Shown: piece after piece, positions 1 through 10,129 of the stretch
Layout: every line of letters starts with the position of its first letter
How positions within the stretch are numbered: position 1 is the first letter of the stretch
DNA from: Thermoproteus sp.
GTDB lineage: Archaea > Thermoproteota > Thermoprotei > Thermoproteales > Thermoproteaceae
Length of the DNA stretch: 54,634 nt
Reading direction: 5' to 3'
NCBI GenBank assembly: GCA_049976425.1
Contig: JBMFIG010000009.1
Location: forward strand, 1 to 54,634
Made by a program: the position numbers and the translations under genes
Notes under the pieces: model-generated
Databases searched by the model: none
Told to the model about the DNA's origin: nothing
The model's input: only the letters and a program-made list of their open reading frames with translations

Positions 1-632
1 CGCAACAAGCCTTGAGGAGAATAATGGAGATGTACGCAAACACCACAAGATTCATACTACTAGCAAACTACGTGTCGAGGATTATAGATCCGATAATTTC
101 GAGATGCGCCGTCTTTAGATTCCCCCCTATGCCCAAGGAATTGATGGCCAAGAGGCTTGCGTATATAGCCAAGCAGGAGGGCATCGCGCTCACCGAGGAC
201 GGGATAGACGCCATATACGAGATCTCCCAGGGCGACATGAGGAGGGCTATAAACCTCCTCCAGATGGCCGCTGCTGCGAGCCGATCCGTCGACAAGGAGA
301 GCGTGGCCGCCGTGGCTTCCGCGGCCCGCCCAAGCGAGATCCTCGACGTCTTCAACACCGCCCTCTCAGGCGACGTGGAGAAGGCCAGGGAGAAGTTGCG
401 GGACTTAATGTACATGAAGGGCATCGCCGGAGTCGACTTCTTGAGGGCTTTGCAGAGGGAGTTGCCGCGGATTCAGCTGGACGACGAGACCAAGGTCGCC
501 GTGGCGGAGCTGTTATCCGACGTGGACTACAGGCTGGCCGAGGGCTCCGACGAGGAGCTACAACTAACGTACATGCTGGTCAAGCTGGCCGCCATAGGCT
601 CTAAGGGCAAGGTTGCGGCGAAGAAGCGGTAA
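1..632 (+). CDS. rfcS: Replication factor C small subunit (5' truncated by window edge)
   Basis: (AQQA)[26 protein letters not shown] (SRC motif) and [11 protein letters not shown]; directly upstream of RFC large subunit. Confidence 0.95.
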   Translation, partial: QQALRRIMEMYANTTRFILLANYVSRIIDPIISRCAVFRFPPMPKELMAKRLAYIAKQEGIALTEDGIDAIYEISQGDMRRAINLLQMAAAASRSVDKESVAAVASAARPSEILDVFNTALSGDVEKAREKLRDLMYMKGIAGVDFLRALQRELPRIQLDDETKVAVAELLSDVDYRLAEGSDEELQLTYMLVKLAAIGSKGKVAAKKR

Positions 633-1900
633 TGTTGCCTTGGGTAGAGAAGTACCGCCCGCGCACGTTCAAGGAGGTCGTAGACCAGGAGGAGGCGAAA
701 TATGCCCTCGCCTCGTGGGTATGCGCGAGGTTTAGGGCCCCGGAGCAGTTCTGCAAGGCCTGGGCCAAGAGCAGGGACAAGAAGATATCTGAGGCCAAGG
801 CCGTTCTGCTGGCCGGGCCGCCCGGCATAGGGAAGACCACGCTGGTCCACGCCTTGGCCAATGAAATAAACTACGAGCTGGTGGAGCTCAACGCGAGCGA
901 CGTCAGAACCGCCGAGAGGATAAGGGAGGTGGTGGGCCGGGGTCTTAGGGAGGGGTCCTTGTTCGGGTACGCCGGGAGGCTCATCCTCTTCGACGAGGTG
1001 GACGGGCTCAACCCCAAGGAGGACTTAGGCGGGCTCGACTCCATAATAGACTTGATAGAGACGGCGAGGGTGCCCATAGTGATGACCGCCAACAACCCGT
1101 GGGACCAAAGGCTTCGGCCGCTTAGGGACGTAAGCCTCGTGGTGAGCCTGAGGAGGCTTGCCGAGGACGACGTAGTCGAGGTGTTGAGGAGGATATGCGA
1201 CTCGGAGAAAATAAAGTGCGAGGAGGACGCCCTACGCGCGCTGGCCCGCTCGTCTGACGGCGACCTCAGAGCGGCAATAAACGACCTCCAGCTCTTCGCC
1301 GGCGGCAAGAAGACGCTGACCGTCGACGACATAAAGAGAGTCGGCGAGAGGAACCCACAGCTCTCTATGTTCGAGGTCCTCGACAGGGTTTTCAGAGCCA
1401 ATTGGTTCGACGACGCGAGGTCCATATCCTTCATGCCGTCCTTCGACTGGGAGCAGTTCTTCGCCTGGGCTTCCGAGAACGTCCCCCGGGTCTACAAGGA
1501 CCCCTCGGCGGCCGCCGCGGCCATGGACAGGCTGAGCAAGGCCGACATAATATTGGCCAGGATCAGGAAGACCGGCGAGTGGGAGCTCATGCCCTACATG
1601 ACGGAGATCATGTTGGCGGGCATAGCGCTCGTCCCGGGGAAGCCGAGGTTGCCTAAGTTCTTCAAGTACCAATTCCCCCAGCGCATCTTGATGCTGGCCC
1701 GCTCCAAGGAGGCCCGGAGGAGGCGGGAGTTGGTCGTCCAGTACCTGTCGCAGGAGCTCCATCTATCCGCGAGCTACGTCTCGTCGGAACTGCTCAACGT
1801 CCTATCTTTTCTATCTAAGAAGAATGAGAAAATCCTGGAAAATATAAGTAGGCACCTATCTATATCGACTACAGATATAAAAACTCTACTCAGCGGCTAG
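632..1900 (+). CDS. rfcL: Replication factor C large subunit
   Basis: LPWVEKYRP, Walker A GPPGIGKTT, ELNASD, Walker B ILFDEVD, GDLRAAINDLQ. Confidence 0.95.
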   Translation: MLPWVEKYRPRTFKEVVDQEEAKYALASWVCARFRAPEQFCKAWAKSRDKKISEAKAVLLAGPPGIGKTTLVHALANEINYELVELNASDVRTAERIREVVGRGLREGSLFGYAGRLILFDEVDGLNPKEDLGGLDSIIDLIETARVPIVMTANNPWDQRLRPLRDVSLVVSLRRLAEDDVVEVLRRICDSEKIKCEEDALRALARSSDGDLRAAINDLQLFAGGKKTLTVDDIKRVGERNPQLSMFEVLDRVFRANWFDDARSISFMPSFDWEQFFAWASENVPRVYKDPSAAAAAMDRLSKADIILARIRKTGEWELMPYMTEIMLAGIALVPGKPRLPKFFKYQFPQRILMLARSKEARRRRELVVQYLSQELHLSASYVSSELLNVLSFLSKKNEKILENISRHLSISTTDIKTLLSG

Positions 1901-2149
1901 CTCCGCGAGTATCTTAGCCAGTTGCAAGATCTTGGGCTCCTTCCTCAGGGAGACCAGCCGTATGCGGCCTATCCTGTGCTCCTCCACTATGCCCGCCTCC
2001 TTCAACACCTTCAAGTGCTCCTCCAGCAGGCTGTAGTTTATGCCGAGCCTTCTGGCCAGATCGGTCGTGTTTACCTCGGATACTTTGTAAAGCTCTCTGA
2101 TTATCCTCACGCGCGATTTGGCGCCCAGCACAAAGTCTATATCCATCAC
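1886..2149 (-). CDS. ArsR-like winged-helix transcription regulator, coupled to cdc6
   Basis: 87 aa; SRVRIIRELY..TDLARRLGINYSLLEEHLKVLKEAGIVE wHTH pattern; start overlaps cdc6 stop. Confidence 0.8.
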   Translation of the reverse strand: MMDIDFVLGAKSRVRIIRELYKVSEVNTTDLARRLGINYSLLEEHLKVLKEAGIVEEHRIGRIRLVSLRKEPKILQLAKILAELAAE

Positions 2150-3306
2150 CGTAGCTCCTCGATCGCCATAGACGTTATGGCTTTCTCCAGCGCGTCTAGC
2201 GGCTCAGTGCCTATTGAGATGAGCGTAGTCCTGCCGCGCAGTCCCTCACCCTTTTTGTTGAGCCGCGTCTCGATTATGCCCTTGTTCCTGAGCTCCCCTA
2301 GATAGGCCCAGAGCTGGCTGTGCGTCCTCGGCTTCTGCCCGAACTCCTCGCACACCACCTTGTACATCTCCTCTACCTCGCCGAACGTGACGTAGGGCTT
2401 TCCGCCCCTCAACGTCCTCACTATTGCTAACAGCAACAACTTAGCGTGTAGCGGAAGGCCCTTCAATATATCAGACGAGACGCCCACCAGCACCTCCTTG
2501 CTGGCCCGCCTGACGTGTTCAGGCGTGATCCTGCTCACGCCGTCGCTCTCGGCGTTGTTGGCGGCCCTGTAGAGTATGTCGAGCGCCACTCTGGCATCGC
2601 CCTTATTCTCGGCCCCCTCCTCAGCGCCCGTTATGTCAGCTATCATGTCCAGGATCTCCTCGTCGTAGGATCCCGGCGCCAGCGCTATCTCGGCCCTCTG
2701 CCTCAATATGTCGAAGATCTGGTCCCTGGTGTAGGGCGGGAACCTCACTATGGGCTTGCCCAAGATCCCGCGGGTGGAGGGATCCAGCGCGTCTATGAAG
2801 TCGGGCGTGTGGCTGACCAAGATAAGCCCGAATCTGTGGGTGCCCAGCTTATCCGTCTCGAGGCCCATCCTGATAAAGATCGAGATGGCGTCGGGCGCCA
2901 GATTGAACACGTCGTCGAGGGCCACTACGGCGAAGAGGTCCTTGTCCCTCATCTGTTCTAAAAACACGTTGACGAGCTCGTCCCTGCTGAGCCCCCTCTT
3001 GGGCACCACTATTCCCAGCTGTTGCGCCAAGCTGTTCACTATGGCGGTGAAGGTCCTGTTGATGAAGCAGGAGACGTAGGCGAACTTGACCGGCGGCTTC
3101 ACTGAGCCTCCGAAGGATCTCAGAGTGACGGTCTTGCCGCTCCCCTGCCTGCCCACCAGAACGGCTCTGGGATAGAACGAGCCCGGGCTGTCGAGGAAAC
3201 TACGCATGTACGCAGATAGCTGTTTCAACTGCTCCTCTCTATGCGGGAGCGCCGGCGGTATGAAGTCGGGGCTGAACGCGTCGCCCCTGACTATGATCCT
3301 CATCAA
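2146..3306 (-). CDS. cdc6: Cdc6/Orc1 replication initiator
   Basis: F.PDFIP..LPHREEQ, Walker A GRQGSGKT, GDARVALDILYRA, C-terminal winged helix (GLRGRTTLI). Confidence 0.95.
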   Translation of the reverse strand: MMRIIVRGDAFSPDFIPPALPHREEQLKQLSAYMRSFLDSPGSFYPRAVLVGRQGSGKTVTLRSFGGSVKPPVKFAYVSCFINRTFTAIVNSLAQQLGIVVPKRGLSRDELVNVFLEQMRDKDLFAVVALDDVFNLAPDAISIFIRMGLETDKLGTHRFGLILVSHTPDFIDALDPSTRGILGKPIVRFPPYTRDQIFDILRQRAEIALAPGSYDEEILDMIADITGAEEGAENKGDARVALDILYRAANNAESDGVSRITPEHVRRASKEVLVGVSSDILKGLPLHAKLLLLAIVRTLRGGKPYVTFGEVEEMYKVVCEEFGQKPRTHSQLWAYLGELRNKGIIETRLNKKGEGLRGRTTLISIGTEPLDALEKAITSMAIEELR

Positions 3307-3500
3307 TCTGAGCTACTTCAGGGATTAATAAAAATTTCAGACAACTACTCTCTTAATAAAACTACTAAACTAAAAGTTTTTGTGATCTCCTATCTTGGGC
3401 CCCGGAGACGGTTTTACTGCGCTAGCCGCGTATTGAGCCCCAAGAACCAGTGCGCCTCCAGAGGCGAGCCGCGAGACGTCGCGGCGGTCGAGCAGGGAAG
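3307..3500. other. Candidate replication origin region upstream of cdc6
   Basis: Non-coding gap with AT-rich tract ~3324-3385, a TCCAGAGG motif (~3457) resembling a mini-ORB core, and a TCTTGGG/CCCAAGA inverted repeat; adjacent to cdc6 and rfc. Confidence 0.45.
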
Positions 3501-3567
3501 GTATTTATAGAGCTGAGTGTTGGCCGGGCCGTGAATATGCCTAGGTCGGAGGAGGCCAGGAAGGCAT

Positions 3568-4005
3568 ATGGCCGCCGCTAAGTACGGCGCGGTCTGCGGT
3601 CCCGACGCCTGCTTCGCCTCACTTCTCATCAGGTCGGACAAGCCGTTGGACAGAGATACGCTTGCCTCGATCGGACGCCGCGCGTTGGTCGTCGCCGTGA
3701 GGCCCGACGCCGTCAAGGACTGGAGGTACCTACTTCAGGCGATGGCCTACGCGTACGCCTATAAAAGGCCAGCGCGGGACTGGCGCATATCGGCCCTAAT
3801 GTACCTAACAGCCAGCGATAGTATAGGCGACGCGCTCGCCGCGGCATCGCCTATAGGGAGCAGGGAGTACGTCGTTGCCGTATACGGAGAGCCCGGCGAG
3901 GTGGCGGATGAGCTGGCCGAGTTGCCGCAGGGAGAGCCTTTCTACCCCGAGGGCGACTACGATCCTTGGCTCATAACGCGCTACGCCTTGAAGAGGCTGA
4001 CATGA
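3568..4005 (+). CDS. cgi121: KEOPS complex Cgi121-like subunit
   Basis: LLQAMAYAY...ARDWRISALMYLTASDSIGDAL resembles the Cgi121 'A....E.LLY.AG..QI..A' pattern. Confidence 0.6.
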   Translation: MAAAKYGAVCGPDACFASLLIRSDKPLDRDTLASIGRRALVVAVRPDAVKDWRYLLQAMAYAYAYKRPARDWRISALMYLTASDSIGDALAAASPIGSREYVVAVYGEPGEVADELAELPQGEPFYPEGDYDPWLITRYALKRLT

Positions 4006-4355
4006 TACACTCCACGATCCTGCTACTGGTGCTGGCGATCTTGCTTGTCGTGCTCGGCATTTTCGGAGTTATACCGTCGGCGCTCGCCGCGGCCCTCGCC
4101 TCTATATTCATAGCGATATACCTCTGGGCCCTATATACGAGGATAAAGTTTAAGCCGCCTCCGCCTAAGCCGCCCGTGCCCCTTAATGAAAAGGCGGCGG
4201 TCGTGGAGGAGCTTAGGCCGGAGGGCGTGGTCAAAGTCGGGGGAGTATACTGGAGGGCTCTATGCGACGGTTGCGAGGCCAAGGCGGGCGAGGCCGTCGT
4301 CGTGGTCGGCTATAGGGACGGAGCCCTGGTCGTGAGGAGGTGTTCTACGCAATAG
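4002..4355 (+). CDS. NfeD-like small membrane protein (C-terminal OB domain)
   Basis: Two TM helices then A.VVEELRPEGVVKVGGVYWRA...G..VVVVG..DG.LVV; start taken at the ATG overlapping the upstream stop. Confidence 0.85.
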   Translation: MIHSTILLLVLAILLVVLGIFGVIPSALAAALASIFIAIYLWALYTRIKFKPPPPKPPVPLNEKAAVVEELRPEGVVKVGGVYWRALCDGCEAKAGEAVVVVGYRDGALVVRRCSTQ

Positions 4356-4837
4356 CGCTGGCCATAGCGCTCGCGATATCGCTCCACATGTTGTGGCCCC
4401 ATCTAACCGGCAGAGGGGCTGGCTACGGCACGTCCAGCCTGAAGGCCGCCAGGAAGGCGCTGGAGCTCGTCGATGTTAAGGGCAAGCGGTTCTACGAGCT
4501 CGGTTGCGGCTACGGGGCCGTGTTGGTGCTCGCGTCTAGGGCTGGGGCCGAGGTGGTCGGCGTTGAGATAGATCCGATCAGGGCGTTGATATGCAAGCTC
4601 AGGTGCCCGAGGTGCCGCATCGTGTGGGGCAACATGTTCAAGATACCGCTGGGAGACGCCGACGTTGTGTACATATTCCAATGGCCTTCAGTGAACGAGA
4701 GGCTCGCGGCCAAGTTCAATAGAGAGCTCAGAAAAGACGCCTTGGTTATCTCCTACTACTGGGAGGTTCCAGATATGGAGCTCGTGTCTAGAGACGACGA
4801 AAACAAAATATACATATATAGACCTAAAACTTTATAA
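4340..4837 (+). CDS. Membrane-anchored class I SAM-dependent methyltransferase
   Basis: N-terminal TM helix; FYELGCGYG motif I; VGVEIDP; ADVVYIF. Confidence 0.85.
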   Translation: MFYAIALAIALAISLHMLWPHLTGRGAGYGTSSLKAARKALELVDVKGKRFYELGCGYGAVLVLASRAGAEVVGVEIDPIRALICKLRCPRCRIVWGNMFKIPLGDADVVYIFQWPSVNERLAAKFNRELRKDALVISYYWEVPDMELVSRDDENKIYIYRPKTL

Positions 4838-5117
4838 ATATATATTTGCCGACCCTCCTCGCTCTAGAATAGCCTTGGGGAGGCGCCGAGTCCGAAACCT
4901 CGTCGTAGAGCTCCACCCGCTTCACCATCGCCTTGAAATACCTCATGGATAGGCATCTATCCAGCACGGACTTGTCGCTGAACTTGGCGTAGAACACCCC
5001 AGGGCTCACCGGCTCGCAGACGACGGCCGTATCCCCCTGCCCGTACAGACAGTCGCATAGATCCCGCGCGATCGCGGCCTCCTTCCCGCCTATAGTGGTG
5101 GCGAGGATCACGGCCAC
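4824..5117 (-). CDS. Hypothetical protein (possible ferredoxin-like fold as at the N-terminus of THUMP proteins)
   Basis: 97 aa ORF fills the gap, with a TATA-like element upstream; ILATTIGGKEAAIARDL pattern. Confidence 0.6.
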   Translation of the reverse strand: MAVILATTIGGKEAAIARDLCDCLYGQGDTAVVCEPVSPGVFYAKFSDKSVLDRCLSMRYFKAMVKRVELYDEVSDSAPPQGYSRARRVGKYIFIKF

Positions 5118-5161
5118 GATAGCTTTATATTCACGGGTTTTTAGCGGCTAATGGCGTCGGG

Positions 5162-6421
5162 GTGGTAAAGACTCCGCTCTCGGAACTGCCCAGCCCGAAA
5201 TCCTTGGCGCGGCGCCTATACAGATCCGGCGAGAGCTTCGTGGCGCTTCTGGAATCGGGCCCCGGCTTTCCCGACAGGGCGAGGTACACCATAGTGGCGT
5301 GGGGCGTGAAGAGGTACGTGTCGGTCCTATCCAACTCCTACGAGGAGTTGCAGAGGATGTACAGAGGTCTGGAGCCCTCGGGAGGGCCTTTCGGAGGCGA
5401 GATGGCGATAGGCTTCGTCTCGTACGACGCTGTTGTGGAGATAGAGCCGACGCTGGCCAAGTACGTCAGCGTGGATAAGGACTTCCCCAGGGCGCTTTTC
5501 GTCGTCTCCGAAAACGTGGTGGTCTACGACAATCTGCTCAAGAGGGCCTACGTGATCGGCAAACTGCCTACATACGCCGAGGCCGGGCCGGAGAGGCGGC
5601 CGAGCATGGGCAGAGTTCTCTACAAGACAGACGACGCGTTCTACAAGGCCGCGGTCTCGGAGGCCTTGAGGCGTATAAGGGACGGGGAGATATTCCAAGT
5701 CGTGTTGTCGAGGCGCGAGGTGTTCGAGATCTCCGGGGACCTGTTCTCGATCTACGAGAGACTGACCTCCATCAACCCATCGCCCTACATGTTCTTCTTC
5801 AAATTCGGCGACATAGCGCTGATAGGCACCTCGCCCGAGCTGTTGGTTAAGGTCGAGGGCGACGTGGTGGAGACGCACCCGATAGCCGGCACCAGGCCTA
5901 GGGGGGCCGACGACAGGGAGGATCTGAGGCTCGAGGACGAGATGCTCTCGGACGAGAAGGAGCTCGCCGAACACATGATGTTGGTGGACCTAGCCCGCAA
6001 CGACGTGGGCAGGATCAGCAGATTCGGCACAGTGAAGGTCCAGGAGCTGATGGCGGTTGAGAAATACAGCCACGTCCAGCACATAGTCTCCAGGGTGGCC
6101 GGAGTCCTCGACCCGCGCTACAACGTGGTGGACGCGATCTGGGCGCTACATCCGGCCGGCACAGTGTCGGGCGCCCCCAAGGTCAGAGCCATGGAGATAA
6201 TAGGCGAGCTGGAGGACATGCCCAGAGGCCCGTACGCCGGCGGCTTCGGCCTCTTGACGCCGAGAGGCGGGGAGCTAGCGATAATAATAAGGACGTTGAT
6301 CATAAAGGGCAGCGTCGCCAGGATACAAGCAGGCGCGGGGGTTGTCTACGACTCGACCCCCGATAGGGAGTATAAAGAGACCGAGTACAAGCTGGCCCAT
6401 CTGAGGGCGGTATGGACCTGA
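5162..6421 (+). CDS. trpE: Anthranilate synthase component I
   Basis: [56 protein letters not shown]. Confidence 0.95.
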   Translation: MVKTPLSELPSPKSLARRLYRSGESFVALLESGPGFPDRARYTIVAWGVKRYVSVLSNSYEELQRMYRGLEPSGGPFGGEMAIGFVSYDAVVEIEPTLAKYVSVDKDFPRALFVVSENVVVYDNLLKRAYVIGKLPTYAEAGPERRPSMGRVLYKTDDAFYKAAVSEALRRIRDGEIFQVVLSRREVFEISGDLFSIYERLTSINPSPYMFFFKFGDIALIGTSPELLVKVEGDVVETHPIAGTRPRGADDREDLRLEDEMLSDEKELAEHMMLVDLARNDVGRISRFGTVKVQELMAVEKYSHVQHIVSRVAGVLDPRYNVVDAIWALHPAGTVSGAPKVRAMEIIGELEDMPRGPYAGGFGLLTPRGGELAIIIRTLIIKGSVARIQAGAGVVYDSTPDREYKETEYKLAHLRAVWT

Positions 6422-6990
6422 CGCTCATAATAGACAACTACGACTCGTTCACCTACAACATAGTCCAGTACGTAGGAGAGCTGGGCTCGCGGCCTCTGGT
6501 GGTCAGAAACGACGAGATAACGCCGTCAGCCGTCGAGCGGATAAGACCGGACAGGATTATAATCTCGCCGGGGCCCGGGCATCCCGAGAACCCCCGCGAC
6601 GTGGGCATCTCGAGGGAGGTGGTGAGGCTCTTCGCGCCGAGGGTGCCCATATTGGGCATATGCCTAGGCCATCAGATAATAGGGTCGGTCTTCGGGGCGA
6701 AGATAAGGCACGCTAGGACCATAAAACACGGCAAGACCAGCTACATCAAACACATGGGCGGCCCGCTGTACGTGGGAGTGCCCGAGGCGTTCAAGGGCAT
6801 GAGGTACCACAGCCTTGTGGTGGACGAGGTGCCGGGGTCCCTCGTCGTGGAGGCCGTGGCGCTGGACGACGGGGAGCTTATGGGACTGCGCCACGCCGAG
6901 TATAACGTATTCGGCGTTCAATTCCACCCGGAGTCTATCGGCACCGAGTACGGCAAGAGGATCCTCAAGAACTTCCTGGACAGGATATGA
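6412..6990 (+). CDS. trpG: Anthranilate synthase component II (glutamine amidotransferase)
   Basis: [35 protein letters not shown]. Confidence 0.95.
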   Translation: MDLTLIIDNYDSFTYNIVQYVGELGSRPLVVRNDEITPSAVERIRPDRIIISPGPGHPENPRDVGISREVVRLFAPRVPILGICLGHQIIGSVFGAKIRHARTIKHGKTSYIKHMGGPLYVGVPEAFKGMRYHSLVVDEVPGSLVVEAVALDDGELMGLRHAEYNVFGVQFHPESIGTEYGKRILKNFLDRI

Positions 6991-7709
6991 ACTTCCTAGA
7001 GGAAGTCCGCAGATCGCTGAAGTACAGAGCCGAGAGGCCACCGCCTAGGGAGGTCCCCCTCGTGGATTTCAGAAAGGCCCTGGGGGATTTCGGCATAATA
7101 GCGGAGTACAAGAGGGCGTCGCCGAGCGGCGTGATAAGGGCCGACCTGCCGCCGTGGAGGTATTTCGAGGAGCTGGCCCAGTACGTAGACGCCTTTTCCG
7201 TCTTGACGGAGCCGTTTTGGTTCATGGGAGATCTCCGCTTCATCCCGCTGGCGAAGAGGTTTAAGCCGGTCCTGGCGAAGGACTTCGTCCTGGACAAGAG
7301 ACAGATAGACGTGTTTTTCGGCTACGGCGCAGACGCCGTGTTGATAATATCCGAGTTCGCCCTAGAGAAGACCGTAGAGCTCGCAGAATACGCGAGGAGG
7401 ATCGGGATGACGCCGCTGGTCGAGGTAGGCGATGCGAAGACCGCGCTGGAGGTGCTCGAATACGGCGACTACCTCCTGGGCATAAACTCCCGCGATCTGA
7501 GGACGTTGGATCTGTCGTTCGAGAGAGCCCTGAACGTGGCGGAGGCCGTGGCCGGCAAGGCGGACTTCATAATAGAGAGCGGCATCAACAAGCCCGGCCA
7601 AGTCGAGATGGCTTGCAGGAAGGGGGCTAAGGGTGTTCTGATCGGCACCGCCTTGATGAGGGAGCCGGACCTCGCAAAGGAATTGAGAGAGGCCGTGAAA
7701 AAATGCTAG
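6987..7709 (+). CDS. trpC: Indole-3-glycerol phosphate synthase
   Basis: [38 protein letters not shown]. Confidence 0.93.
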   Translation: MNFLEEVRRSLKYRAERPPPREVPLVDFRKALGDFGIIAEYKRASPSGVIRADLPPWRYFEELAQYVDAFSVLTEPFWFMGDLRFIPLAKRFKPVLAKDFVLDKRQIDVFFGYGADAVLIISEFALEKTVELAEYARRIGMTPLVEVGDAKTALEVLEYGDYLLGINSRDLRTLDLSFERALNVAEAVAGKADFIIESGINKPGQVEMACRKGAKGVLIGTALMREPDLAKELREAVKKC

Positions 7710-8158
7710 ATGGTCTTGAGGATCTCCTCCAGCCTCTGCCTCAGCTCCGCAAGCGTCTTTTTGCAGTCGGCGAGTTGCGACTGTAGCTCAGCCGCCTTCT
7801 CGCTGGGAACGAACCACTCAATCACAGGCTCGCCGAACGACAGCCTGCCTCCGTCTACTCTGGCCTCCACGGTTATCCTGATTATGTCGAGCTTCCCCAC
7901 GCCCATCTTTATCAGCTTGTCGTAGATCGACTTGTTGAGCTCGGCGACGGCTCTCAAGATCTCCTCCTGCTTAACCATGTTCTTGAAGGCCGCGAAGGCG
8001 GCGCGCCTCAGCTTGTCCGCGTATCTGGCCGCTATGATGACGCCGGTCCTTATCTCCACCACGTTGCCGCCTTTTACTAAGACGCCGCCGTACAGCGCCG
8101 ACTGCTCCTCGGCCTTCTCCAAATCCCTTTCTACGTTTTCAATAGGTCTCCAGCTCAT
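7706..8158 (-). CDS. DUF2258 / ThermoDBP-related nucleic-acid-binding protein
   Basis: IRTGVIIAARYADKLRR..F...EILRAVAELNK..Y..L...DIIRI pattern plus C-terminal coiled coil. Confidence 0.75.
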   Translation of the reverse strand: MSWRPIENVERDLEKAEEQSALYGGVLVKGGNVVEIRTGVIIAARYADKLRRAAFAAFKNMVKQEEILRAVAELNKSIYDKLIKMGVGKLDIIRITVEARVDGGRLSFGEPVIEWFVPSEKAAELQSQLADCKKTLAELRQRLEEILKTI

Positions 8159-8221
8159 GTAGATAATCTATTCGTTAATATATTTTACTTAAACGTTAAA
8201 AAGAGCTAGGTTGTTGAGGCT

Positions 8222-8524
8222 ATGGCGAAGATGGTGGCCAGCCTATCGGTCACCCCTCTCGGCACGGGGTCCACGCACCTATCCGCCTACGTTAGGGCGG
8301 CTACAGAGGTCCTGAAGGAGATGGGGGTGAGGTACAGAACAGGCGCCGGCTTCACCGACGTAGAGCTCGACGACTACTCGACGCTGGCGGAGATACTCAA
8401 GAGGGTTGAGGACAAGCTGGCCTCCATGGGCGTCAAGCGCGTGGACTTCATCATAAAGATAGACAGGAGGATGGACGAGGAGCTCACCATAGAGGGAAAG
8501 ATATCGAAAGTGGAGAGGCGCTAG
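8222..8524 (+). CDS. MTH1187/YkoF (DUF77) thiamine-binding family protein
   Basis: SVTPLGTGS..LSAYV, G..T.VE, IKID.R.D..LT...K..KV. Confidence 0.85.
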   Translation: MAKMVASLSVTPLGTGSTHLSAYVRAATEVLKEMGVRYRTGAGFTDVELDDYSTLAEILKRVEDKLASMGVKRVDFIIKIDRRMDEELTIEGKISKVERR

Positions 8525-9203
8525 TCGCCGCGATGAAGGCAACTCTGCTGAGCTCGAGCAGATAGCCGAGCACGTCGCCGTTGGCGCCGCCCAGATGTTT
8601 ATACGCTATATAGTAGGCCGCCGCCGACAGCGCTAGCGCCAGCGAGGAGGAGGGATACGCCATTAAGGCCAGGGCGAGCGCAGGCGTTGCGAGAGGCCAC
8701 TTCCTCCTCACGGCGTTCACGAAGGCGGAGCCCAGCCCCTCCTTGAAGGGCTTGGAAAAGGCCGCAAGGACGACGACGAGCGACTTCGAGAAGATCTCGC
8801 CGAAGATCAACTGCCACGGACTCCTTAGATAGTTGACCGCCAGCGCTACTGCGGCGACGACGGCGAAGATCCCGGCGGTCCCTCTACGGGGGTCCTCCAG
8901 CGCGGCCCTAGCCCTCTCCCTATCCCTTATCATCAAGGCGTCGGCGGTGTCGGCAAGCCCGTCTAGGTGGTTGAGCCCCGTCAGCAGGAGCAGGAGGAGG
9001 TAGGCCGGGAGCGGCCCTAGATAGATCAAGGCCAGCGCGGACAAGCCGCCCAGGATAGGCGCCACGACGTAAGGCAACGCCCAGGCGCAGGAGAAGTCGA
9101 GCTCGGCCTTGACGGGCAGTACTGTGAAGAACCCGATCAACGCCCTTATGCACCGCCTGGCTCCCTCCCCGCCTTTAGGCCGGCAGGGCGCTACGCGCCG
9201 CAT
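8484..9203 (-). CDS. cobS: Cobalamin synthase (adenosylcobinamide-GDP ribazoletransferase)
   Basis: FFTVLP, TGLNHLDGLADTADAL, L.DPR.G..G, GGANGDVLG. Confidence 0.92.
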   Translation of the reverse strand: MRRVAPCRPKGGEGARRCIRALIGFFTVLPVKAELDFSCAWALPYVVAPILGGLSALALIYLGPLPAYLLLLLLTGLNHLDGLADTADALMIRDRERARAALEDPRRGTAGIFAVVAAVALAVNYLRSPWQLIFGEIFSKSLVVVLAAFSKPFKEGLGSAFVNAVRRKWPLATPALALALMAYPSSSLALALSAAAYYIAYKHLGGANGDVLGYLLELSRVAFIAATSASPLSISFPLW

Positions 9204-10105
9204 AGCGCCTTGATCAGCAAGTCGTCCTCCTCCCTCCTCTTTATCGAGACGCGGGAATAGCCCGGCATGCCCAAGTCGTCGAGAGGCCTCACCTTGACCT
9301 TGTCAGTCCGCCCCCTCACTATGAAGAAGTGGAGGCGCGACTTGACCACCTCGACGCACCGCGAAAGGGCCTCCTGCACCCTAGGCCCCTCGGCGGCGAC
9401 GTACTCGCGCGTGGCCTCTCTGTGCCTCTTCAGCGCCTCTGCGCCTATGTTGTATATCGCGTAGTCCGCCAACGAGTTGACCCGCCACGGCGACTTGACG
9501 TCCGGCCTCACCCGCCCCAACGCCGCCCCCAGTCTGAGGCCTGGCGCCGCCAGGATCTTCCCGTAGGACTTCACGACGGGCACGTCCGGCGCCGCCGACT
9601 CCTCGCGGACGAAGTCCAGGAAGGATTCGTCCACCAACAGACGCGCGCCGCGCGCCTCCAGAGCTCTGCTGAGCTCGAGGACCTCGTCGCGTCTCATCAC
9701 CGAGCCGGTGGGGTTGTTCGGGTTGCACAGCAGTAACAGATCCCCCGAGGCGGCCCTCTCCACCAGCGAGCTCAAGTCGCCTCTCACGACCTCGAGGCCC
9801 AGCAAGCCGGCTATACGTACGTAGTCGCTGTACGTCGGCCAGGGGAGCAACAGCCTTTTGGGCCTCAACGCCGCCATCATGGCGGTCAAGGCCTCTGTGG
9901 CTCCGTTGAAGAGGACGACCTCCACCCCCTCGTACTGCGCCAGCACCTCCTCGGCCAGATTCGCCGGGAACCTCAGATAGACCCCCCTCTCCGCCGCCTC
10001 GGCCACCAGCTCGGGGAGGCCCGGCGGAGGGCCTATGGGGTTTAAGTTGTCGCTGAAGTCCAAAACCGCCGGCTCGGCCCAAGAAGTGCCTCCGTGCACT
10101 CGCAA
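9191..10105 (-). CDS. cobD: Threonine-phosphate decarboxylase-like PLP enzyme (CobD/HisC family)
   Basis: HGG...LDFSDNLNP.GPP, NGATE, CNPNNPTG, VDESFLDF, KSYGK..APGLRLG; lies within the cob cluster. Confidence 0.85.
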   Translation of the reverse strand: MRVHGGTSWAEPAVLDFSDNLNPIGPPPGLPELVAEAAERGVYLRFPANLAEEVLAQYEGVEVVLFNGATEALTAMMAALRPKRLLLPWPTYSDYVRIAGLLGLEVVRGDLSSLVERAASGDLLLLCNPNNPTGSVMRRDEVLELSRALEARGARLLVDESFLDFVREESAAPDVPVVKSYGKILAAPGLRLGAALGRVRPDVKSPWRVNSLADYAIYNIGAEALKRHREATREYVAAEGPRVQEALSRCVEVVKSRLHFFIVRGRTDKVKVRPLDDLGMPGYSRVSIKRREEDDLLIKALCGA

Positions 10106-10129
10106 ATAGGCTCAAGTAAAAAATTTCCT

